IMG/VR virus record: IMGVR_UViG_3300037502_001229
Location: 1-36,262 of that record
Length of the DNA: 36,262 bases
Strand: one strand, 5' to 3'
Source: a virus
Taxonomy: Duplodnaviria; Caudoviricetes
A program made the translations under genes and the position numbers. Shown one piece after another: positions 7,423 to 14,703 of this stretch; position 1 is the first letter of the stretch, and each line of letters begins with the position of its first letter. The notes beneath the pieces were generated by a model. That model did no database searches, was not told the origin of the DNA, and worked only from the letters and a program-made list of their open reading frames with translations.

Positions 7423-7510
7423 TAAAATATGAGCGTGGCTAGGAGGCATCCGAACCGCTGTCTATCCCACAGCTTGCCACAATCTTCAAGGGATGTTCTA
7501 GGGAAGAACC

Positions 7511-8071
7511 ATGAAAAAAGTCGATTTAGTCGGTAAAATTTTTGGCGACTTAAAAGTTATTTGTTTTGCAGATAAAAAAGGCAATAAAGTTAGATGGCTT
7601 TGCAAATGTAAATGCGGCGCTGAAAAACCTATCTATGCCACACATTTAACAAGAGGAAATTCGACAAGTTGCACGCCGGGTGGAGGGCATGGCATTGGCA
7701 AAAAAATTCCGGGGTATAAAAGTTGGAGTGCGATGATTGCCAGATGTACAAACCGCAATCATGTTGCGTATGACTCTTATGGTGGCAGGGGCATTGTAAT
7801 TTGCGATAGATGGCTGGCTTCGTTTGCTAACTTTTATGAAGACATGGGGCCAAGACCATCCGGAAAGACTCTAGATCGTATTAACACAAACGGAAATTAC
7901 GAGCCATCAAATTGTCGATGGGCAACATCTAAAGAGCAGCAAAACAATATGCGCTCAAACAAATTGGTAGTTATTGATGGGATTGAATCAACAATTTCAC
8001 TGCATTCAAATCGTTTAAAAATTAACTACAACACTCTTTATTCACGTTTAAAACGAATTGGAGCAATTTGA
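7511..8071 (+). mobile_element. Free-standing HNH homing endonuclease
   Basis: WLCKCKCG, YGGRGI.IC.RW, F.NFY.DMG.RP...LDRIN.NGNYEPSNCRWA; AT-rich, with its own promoter. Confidence 0.9.
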
Positions 8072-8634
8072 TGCAAGAAAAAAAATGCAAAGTTTGTGGT
8101 TCCGCTTTTGTTTTGGTTAGGCCGTTACAGCGTGTGTGTTCTGCGATTTGCGGATTAGCCCATGCAAGGCAAGCAACAGAAAAAAAGAAAGCCAAGGAAG
8201 CCCAAGAAGACCGTAAGAAGACCCGAGAAAAGCTAGACGCCATGAGGACTAAGCCCCAACTGGTGAAAGTCGCTCAAACGGCGTTTAATGCGTTTGTAAG
8301 GGTTAGGGATTCTGACAAGCCTTGCATAAGTTGTGGTAAAAAAGCAACAAACGAATCAAACAGCACAGACGCCGGACATTTCCGGAGTGTTGGTTCTGCG
8401 CCACACATGAGATTTGTCGAGGATAACTGCCATGGCCAATGTAAACACTGCAACCAGTACTTAGCCGGGAACGTCCTTGCATACCGAAAAGGACTGATTG
8501 AACGGATCGGTTTAACCAGGGTAGAGCAAATCGAATCCGATCAGACCGTGCGAAAGTACACCAAAGAAGGTTTGCAGGAGATCGCCAGGCACTACAACGC
8601 AGAAGCTAGAAGGCTAAAAAAAGATGCAAAATAA
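8071..8634 (+). CDS. ninG: NinG/Rap-family recombination endonuclease
   Basis: CKVCG, CSAIC, AFNAFVR.RD...CISCG, DAGHFRS, NCHGQC..CN. Confidence 0.88.
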   Translation: MQEKKCKVCGSAFVLVRPLQRVCSAICGLAHARQATEKKKAKEAQEDRKKTREKLDAMRTKPQLVKVAQTAFNAFVRVRDSDKPCISCGKKATNESNSTDAGHFRSVGSAPHMRFVEDNCHGQCKHCNQYLAGNVLAYRKGLIERIGLTRVEQIESDQTVRKYTKEGLQEIARHYNAEARRLKKDAK

Positions 8635-8664
8635 TTGCAAAAAAATCTTGCAACGATGTAAAAT
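8635..8664 (+). promoter_or_regulatory. Late-operon promoter
   Basis: TTGCAA-18 nt-TAAAAT immediately after ninG. Confidence 0.65.
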
Positions 8665-8670
8665 AAACAC

Positions 8671-8905
8671 ATCCGCGCTGGCGATGTAAAAGGCCAGCAT
8701 CATCATGATGGGGTTCACTGTTTGGCAACGATACGGTAAGTGGTGCGCTACCCGCCGACAGTGCCCCACCATGATGGTAAGACGAACTCCGGGGATTCTC
8801 GGAGAGTCAACAACGTGAAGCACGGTACTAGAGAACGGGGAAGCGCGAATCACCCGGAAAGAGTCGATCAATCCGTGTTCTTGTCCACAAAGCGGCGAGG
8901 CCATC
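8671..8905 (+). ncRNA. Candidate structured ncRNA / late leader
   Basis: Four consecutive stem-loops in the longest non-coding stretch of the genome (see findings). Confidence 0.6.
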
Positions 8906-8931
8906 AACCATTTAACCCAAAGGAGTAACCC

Positions 8932-9060
8932 GTGAAAACCCTATTCACAATCGCAGTTCTGTTCTTTTCTTTCGCAGTCCAAGCCCAAACCACAACCAGG
9001 TGTGTAAAGAATTGGGATGGAAGCTACACCTGCACCACCACTCGAAACGGTGGGTTTTGA
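8932..9060 (+). CDS. Small secreted peptide (42 aa; signal peptide plus 24-aa two-Cys mature part)
   Basis: RBS AAGGAG, GTG start; MKTLFTIAVLFFSFAVQA-QTTTRCVKNWDGSYTCTTTRNGGF; TGATG overlap with the next gene. Confidence 0.75.
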   Translation: MKTLFTIAVLFFSFAVQAQTTTRCVKNWDGSYTCTTTRNGGF

Positions 9061-10283
9061 TGGTTAACCCAGCGGATAAAGTGGAAAAGTGGGACATTAC
9101 CCGCCTCACGCCATACGCACGCAACAGCCGAACCCACTCTGACGAACAAATCAGCCAGCTGGCAGCCAGCATCAAGGAATGGGGATGGACAACACCAGTC
9201 CTGGTGGATGAGGACGGCAGCATCATTGCCGGCCACGGTCGTACCCTCGCAGCCCAACGCCTTAAGATGACCGAAGTTCCTGTCATGGTGGCCAAAGGCT
9301 GGAGCGATGCCAAGAAACGCGCCTACGTCATTGCTGACAACAAACTGGCCCTGAATGCAGGGTGGGACAATGAAATGCTGGCTTTGGAGTTCAGCGAGTT
9401 GCAGGGCATGGACTTTGACCTCGATCTGACTGGATTCACAGCCGATGAGATCGCGGCGCTGATGCCAGAGGAAATAGAACCGGGGCAAACTGACGAGGAT
9501 GCAGTGCCAGAAGTGCCAGCGCAGCCGGTAACTGTCCTGGGAGATGTGTGGCTTCTTGGCAAGCACCGGCTTATGTGCGGTCACTCGACCAGCATCGATG
9601 CAATTGAGAAACTGACAGAAAAACAATCCATTGACATGGTGTTCACTGACCCACCTTATGGTGTGGCTGTTGTCAAAGATGGCATGGTTGGCGCTGATTT
9701 TGGTGTTGCAAAAAAAGGCAATTACAAACCGATCATTGGTGATGAGACAACCGACACGGCAATCGAGGCATACAACGCATGTGTGTCCATTGGTGCAAAA
9801 AAGATCGTGCTGTGGGGTGGAAATTACTTTTCAAATAAGCTGCCACCATCATCATGTTGGCTCGTCTGGGATAAACGAGGCGACTCAGGAATCGTCAACA
9901 CATTTGCAGACTGCGAGCTGGCATGGACAAACATGACCAGTCCGGCCAGAGTTCACAAACAACTTTGGAACGGCATGATCAGGGAAGGTGAAAAAGATAA
10001 ACGAGTTCACCCTACACAGAAGCCAGTGGCATTGTGTGAATGGGGAATCACAAACTACACAGACAAAGACGCATCAATCCTTGATCTGTTTCTTGGCTCT
10101 GGCAGCACATTGATGGCATGTGAAAAAACGAATCGCAAATGCTTTGGCATGGAGATGTCCCCAGATTACTGCGATGTCATCGTCAAACGCTGGCAGGACT
10201 TCACTGGCAAAATCGCAGTTCACGCAGAAACTGGACAACCTTTCGCGGAGGTTAAAAATGACAAGCAAGAAACAGGCCACTGA
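9060..10283 (+). CDS. ParB-like N-domain fused to N6A/N4C DNA methyltransferase
   Basis: PYARNSRTH, IIAGHGR, IADNKL (ParB); TDPPYG, HPTQKP, LDLFLGSGST (beta-class MTase). Confidence 0.9.
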   Translation: MVNPADKVEKWDITRLTPYARNSRTHSDEQISQLAASIKEWGWTTPVLVDEDGSIIAGHGRTLAAQRLKMTEVPVMVAKGWSDAKKRAYVIADNKLALNAGWDNEMLALEFSELQGMDFDLDLTGFTADEIAALMPEEIEPGQTDEDAVPEVPAQPVTVLGDVWLLGKHRLMCGHSTSIDAIEKLTEKQSIDMVFTDPPYGVAVVKDGMVGADFGVAKKGNYKPIIGDETTDTAIEAYNACVSIGAKKIVLWGGNYFSNKLPPSSCWLVWDKRGDSGIVNTFADCELAWTNMTSPARVHKQLWNGMIREGEKDKRVHPTQKPVALCEWGITNYTDKDASILDLFLGSGSTLMACEKTNRKCFGMEMSPDYCDVIVKRWQDFTGKIAVHAETGQPFAEVKNDKQETGH

Positions 10284-10707
10284 AGAAAAACCGACACAAA
10301 CAAAAGGGAAGAAGGGTGGCGCACGCTTTCCAAACGGCGGTGGAGCGCAGCCAGGAGCAGGCAGGCCAGCCTTTGAGCCGACCGATGCCGAGCGCAAACA
10401 AGTCGAGGCACTGTCAGGTTACGGCTTGCCTTTCGACCAGATTGCAGTCTTGGTGCGTGATGGCATTCACATTGATACGCTTCGCGCCCATTTTGCCAAT
10501 GAACTTATCAGCGGCAAGTCTAAAGCCAACGCCCAGGTAGGGAAAACCCTATTCCAGAAGGTCATGGCAGGCGACACGACCGCGGCCATCTGGTGGAGCA
10601 AAACGCAAATGCGCTGGGCCGAAACTCAGAAGCATGAGCTCACCGGGGCCGACGGCGCTCCATTGGAGTTCGCCAAGATCGAACGGGTGATCGTCAAGAA
10701 TGGGTAA
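10258..10707 (+). CDS. terS: Terminase small subunit (putative)
   Basis: GAGRP, HTH-like region, AAIWWSK..MRW.E, HELTGADGAPL; overlaps terL. Confidence 0.75.
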   Translation: MTSKKQATEEKPTQTKGKKGGARFPNGGGAQPGAGRPAFEPTDAERKQVEALSGYGLPFDQIAVLVRDGIHIDTLRAHFANELISGKSKANAQVGKTLFQKVMAGDTTAAIWWSKTQMRWAETQKHELTGADGAPLEFAKIERVIVKNG

Positions 10708-11926
10708 GGTCTTGCAACTCCCCACCCCAGAATGGGCCCTGCCCCTTTTGGATCCCAGCCGCTACAAAGGCGCATGGGGTGGCCGAGGCTCTGGCAAGTC
10801 ACACATGTTTGCCGAGCTGATGATCGAGGCCCACATCATGGACCAGAAGCGGCGCTCGGTTTGCGTGCGCGAGATCCAGAAATCCCTGAATCAGTCGGTT
10901 AAACGATTGCTCGAAACCAAGATCGAGGCCATGAACGCTGGTGCTTACTTTGAAGTGCAGGATGCCGTCATCAAGTCCCGCAAGGGCGACGGGGCGATCA
11001 TCTTCCAGGGTATGCAGAACCACACCGCCGACTCGATCAAGTCGCTGGAGGGCTACGACTGCGCCTGGGTTGAGGAAGCCCAAAGCCTGAGTCAGACTAG
11101 CCTTGACCTCCTGCGGCCAACCATCCGCAAACCCGACTCAGAACTCTGGTTTACTTGGAACCCAAGGCAACAGTCAGATCCAGTTGACCACCTCTTGCGT
11201 GGGCCAACTCCACCAAAAGACGCGACCGTTCTCAAAGTTAACTTTACAGACAACCCGTGGTTTCCTGACGTCCTCAAGGATGAAATGGAATACGACAAAC
11301 GCCGCGACCCAGACAAATACCAGCACGTTTGGATGGGTGGGTATTTAACAAACAGTAATACCAGAGTATTTAAGAATTGGAAGGTCGAGGAGTTTGAAGC
11401 ACCACCAGACGCCATCCATCGGCTTGGGGCGGATTGGGGTTTTGCCGTTGACCCCACCACCCTTGTCCGGTGTCACATCATTGGGCGAACTCTTTACATC
11501 GACTATGAGGCTTACATGGTCGGCTGCGAGATCGTGAACACTCCTGAGTTGTTCATGACCGTGCCCGAGGCAGAAAAGTGGCCCATCGTTGCTGATTCAG
11601 CAAGACCTGAAACGATCAGCCACATGAAAAAGAACGGATTCCCCAAGATCATGACCGCGGTCAAAGGGCCAAGATCGGTGGAGGAAGGCATCGAGTTTCT
11701 TAAGAACTATGACATAGTGGTTCACCCCCGATGTGTTCACACTATTGATGAATTAACCCTGTACAGTTACAAGACCGACCCCCTTACGGGCAAGATTCTT
11801 CCCGTGCTGGAAGACAAGAAAAACCACGTAATCGACGCCTTGCGTTACGCTTGCGAAGCCGTCCGCCGGGCTGGTGCATCCAAACCCGCCATCTTTACCC
11901 CTTTGCCAAATGTGAAGAAGTGGTGA
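10700..11926 (+). CDS. terL: Terminase large subunit (PBSX/P22-like)
   Basis: GGRGSGKS Walker A, WVEEA Walker B, TWNP, GADWG, NHVIDALRY. Confidence 0.95.
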   Translation: MGKVLQLPTPEWALPLLDPSRYKGAWGGRGSGKSHMFAELMIEAHIMDQKRRSVCVREIQKSLNQSVKRLLETKIEAMNAGAYFEVQDAVIKSRKGDGAIIFQGMQNHTADSIKSLEGYDCAWVEEAQSLSQTSLDLLRPTIRKPDSELWFTWNPRQQSDPVDHLLRGPTPPKDATVLKVNFTDNPWFPDVLKDEMEYDKRRDPDKYQHVWMGGYLTNSNTRVFKNWKVEEFEAPPDAIHRLGADWGFAVDPTTLVRCHIIGRTLYIDYEAYMVGCEIVNTPELFMTVPEAEKWPIVADSARPETISHMKKNGFPKIMTAVKGPRSVEEGIEFLKNYDIVVHPRCVHTIDELTLYSYKTDPLTGKILPVLEDKKNHVIDALRYACEAVRRAGASKPAIFTPLPNVKKW

Positions 11927-11932
11927 GACAAT
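11903..11932 (+). promoter_or_regulatory. Internal late promoter before portal
   Basis: TTGCCA-18 nt-GACAAT. Confidence 0.55.
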
Positions 11933-11953
11933 CGCACAAATTGAGGATTAAAC

Positions 11954-14398
11954 ATGGCCCGACTCTCCAACGACCAACGACTCGCCAACCTTCACGCAGA
12001 AGCCCTGGCGCAGTTTGATGACGTACAAACAGCCCTCCGAGACGAAAGACTCCAATGCCTCCAAGACAGGCGTTTTTACTCTTTGGCTGGAAGTCAATGG
12101 GAAGGCCCGCTTTGGAATCAGTACGAGAACAAACCTAAATTCGAGGTTAACAAGGTCATGTTGGCGGTGATTCGCATCATCAACGAGTACCGAAACAACC
12201 GCATCACGGTGGACTACGTGTCCAAGGATGGCCAGGAAAACGACAAGCTGGCCGAGGTTTGTGACGGTCTGTATCGTGCTGACGAACAGGCATCCGTCGC
12301 AGATGAGGCCTACGACAACGCCTTTGAGGAAGCAGTCGGTGGTGGAATCGGGGCATGGCGTTTGAGAACTGTCTACGAAGACGAAGAAAACGACGAGGAC
12401 GACCGCCAGCGCATCAGGATCGAACCCATCTTCGACGCTGACAGCTCTGTTTTCTTTGACCTCGGTGCTAAACGACAGGATAAGTCAGACGCCAAGTATT
12501 GCTTTGTGGTCACTTCAATGACCCGCCAAGCATATAAAGACACCTGGGGCGACGACCCAACCGACTGGCCCAAGATCATCCACCAGTATGAATTCGACTG
12601 GTGTACACCTGATGTGGTCTATGTCGCTGAGTATTACAAGGTCGAGGAAAAGACCGAGACCATCCGCATCTTCCAGAACATCGCAGGCGAAGAGGAACGC
12701 TACACACAGCAAGACTTCGCCAACGACGAGACCCTAGAAGAAACCCTTGCCGCTATCGGAACGGTTGAAGTCCGTCAGAAAAAGGTCAAGCGCAAGCGGG
12801 TTCGCAAATACATCATGTCCGGCGGCAAAGTTCTGGAGGATGCAGGCTACATTGCGGGTAAATGTATTCCCATCGTCGTGGTGTACGGTAAACGCTGGTT
12901 TGTGGATAACGTCGAACGCTGCATGGGTCATGTTCGTCTGGCCAAAGACGCCCAGCGCCTCAAGAACATGCAACTCTCCAAATTAGGAGAAATCAGCGCA
13001 CTGTCATCGGTTGAGAAACCTATTCTGACCCCCGAACAGGTCGCAGGTCATCAGGTCATGTGGTCTGAGGACAACCTCAAAGACTACCCTTACTTGCTGA
13101 TCAACCCGATCACTGACCAGAACGGCAACCAGGCTGTATCGGGGCCAGTGGCCTACACCCGCGCTCCCAACATCCCTCCGGCAATGGCTGCGCTGTTGCA
13201 GATCACAGAAACCGACATGCAAGACATTTTGGGCAATCCCCAGGGAGCTGACAAGATGGTCAGTGGCATGTCTGGTAAAGCCGTGGAGATGATTCAGACC
13301 CGTGTAGATATGCAGGCCTTTATCTACATGAGCAACTTTGCCAAGGGCATGAAACGATGCGGCGAGATCTGGCTTTCAATGGCCAAAGAAATCTACGTCG
13401 AAGAAAAGCGCAAGATGAAAACCATTGCGCCCGATGGACAGACAGGCATGGCCGAACTTATGCGCCCCACAATCGACCAAGAAACAGGCGAGGTCGTTTT
13501 AGAAAATGACCTCAGTTCTGCGACCTTTGACGTCGTGGCAGATGTTGGCCCGTCCAGCTCAAGCAAACGCGAGGCAACTGTCCGCGCCTTGACTGGTGTG
13601 CTGCAAATGACGCAAGACCCAGAAACCCAGCAAGTCCTCACCGCCATGGCCATGATGAACATGGAAGGCGAGGGAATGTCAGACGCCAATGCTTACTTCC
13701 GCAAAAAGCTGCTGCGCATGGGCGTGGTCAAGCCCACCGACGACGAGGCCCAGGAACTCATGGCTGAGATGCAAAACCAGCCGCAAGACCCAAACACGAT
13801 GTACTTGCAGGCCGCAGCACAAGAAGCCGAGGCCAAAGCCGCCCAAGCCCGAGCCAACACGGTCAAGACCATTGCAGATGCAGAATTGTCTCAAGCCAAA
13901 ACCGCCGAAGTATTGGCAGGCATTGGACAAGAACCACAACAGCAAACCCCACAAGCGACAGAACAACCTATGGCAGTCGAACAAATCCCAATGCCACAGG
14001 AAGCCATGCCAAACCCAGAGACAGAGATCAAACTCCGCAAGATGGAACTGGAGGCCTACAAGCTCGCAAAAGAAATCGAGATGGCCGAAGAAAAGCACGC
14101 CATGGAGATGATGAACAACGGTGTGGCCATCGAGCGAGACGAAACAGGCAAGACCAAAGCCAGGGCGCAAAACGACCTGCGAAGCGAGCAGATTGGAATG
14201 CAAGTCTTGGAGGCCATGACCGAATTCAAAGACGTCATGTCAGCCCAGGCAAAAGCCATCCAAGAAGCAGCAGACAAAACCGCAGAGTCTCAGGACAAAT
14301 CAGCCCAAGCTCAAGCAAAGACGGTCGAGGTACTCAAAAAACCGCGCCGCATTTTGCGTGAAAAAGGTAAGATTGTCGGCATCAAAATCGAAGATTAA
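11954..14398 (+). CDS. P22-like portal protein with long C-terminal extension
   Basis: G.QW, AFEEAVGGGIGAWR, GHVRLAKDAQRL.N, DVGPS..SKR; follows terL. Confidence 0.92.
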   Translation: MARLSNDQRLANLHAEALAQFDDVQTALRDERLQCLQDRRFYSLAGSQWEGPLWNQYENKPKFEVNKVMLAVIRIINEYRNNRITVDYVSKDGQENDKLAEVCDGLYRADEQASVADEAYDNAFEEAVGGGIGAWRLRTVYEDEENDEDDRQRIRIEPIFDADSSVFFDLGAKRQDKSDAKYCFVVTSMTRQAYKDTWGDDPTDWPKIIHQYEFDWCTPDVVYVAEYYKVEEKTETIRIFQNIAGEEERYTQQDFANDETLEETLAAIGTVEVRQKKVKRKRVRKYIMSGGKVLEDAGYIAGKCIPIVVVYGKRWFVDNVERCMGHVRLAKDAQRLKNMQLSKLGEISALSSVEKPILTPEQVAGHQVMWSEDNLKDYPYLLINPITDQNGNQAVSGPVAYTRAPNIPPAMAALLQITETDMQDILGNPQGADKMVSGMSGKAVEMIQTRVDMQAFIYMSNFAKGMKRCGEIWLSMAKEIYVEEKRKMKTIAPDGQTGMAELMRPTIDQETGEVVLENDLSSATFDVVADVGPSSSSKREATVRALTGVLQMTQDPETQQVLTAMAMMNMEGEGMSDANAYFRKKLLRMGVVKPTDDEAQELMAEMQNQPQDPNTMYLQAAAQEAEAKAAQARANTVKTIADAELSQAKTAEVLAGIGQEPQQQTPQATEQPMAVEQIPMPQEAMPNPETEIKLRKMELEAYKLAKEIEMAEEKHAMEMMNNGVAIERDETGKTKARAQNDLRSEQIGMQVLEAMTEFKDVMSAQAKAIQEAADKTAESQDKSAQAQAKTVEVLKKPRRILREKGKIVGIKIED

Positions 14399-14412
14399 AG
14401 GAAGGTACTCCC

Positions 14413-14700
14413 ATGAAATCCGTCAAAGTAACACCTCAAATTGCATACGTAAACGGGAAACAAACAACCATTGACGCGATCAACGTCCAATCGGTGTTTG
14501 ATAACCTGTTCGATCAAGTAATTTTCAAATACACCCTGCTGGATGCAAACGGCGTCCACTGCGGTGAGGGTTCGTTTGAATTGAATGGTGAGCAAACCTA
14601 CAAGACTTGGGACGCATCAGCCGATGGAGCCTATAACATAGTCATTAGAGGTTTGGGCCTTGAGGCTTCTGCAAACAAGACGTCAATTACCGAGGGTTAA
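14413..14700 (+). CDS. Hypothetical protein (insert gene 1)
   Basis: 95-aa ORF with RBS. Confidence 0.7.
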   Translation: MKSVKVTPQIAYVNGKQTTIDAINVQSVFDNLFDQVIFKYTLLDANGVHCGEGSFELNGEQTYKTWDASADGAYNIVIRGLGLEASANKTSITEG

Positions 14701-14703
14701 TTT

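Noticed and set aside
8671-8905. tRNA, tmRNA, hammerhead or group I/II intron
   Set aside because: I found no T-loop GTTCRA cloverleaf, CUGAUGA core or intron signature by eye; a covariance search is still needed.
8614-8928. ORFs 8740..8928 (+) and 8614..8907 (-)
   Set aside because: No convincing RBS or protein features; the region is better explained by RNA structure.
9000-9059. Extended start of the ParB-MTase
   Set aside because: This region encodes the secreted peptide in another frame; the MTase start is the coupled ATG at 9060.
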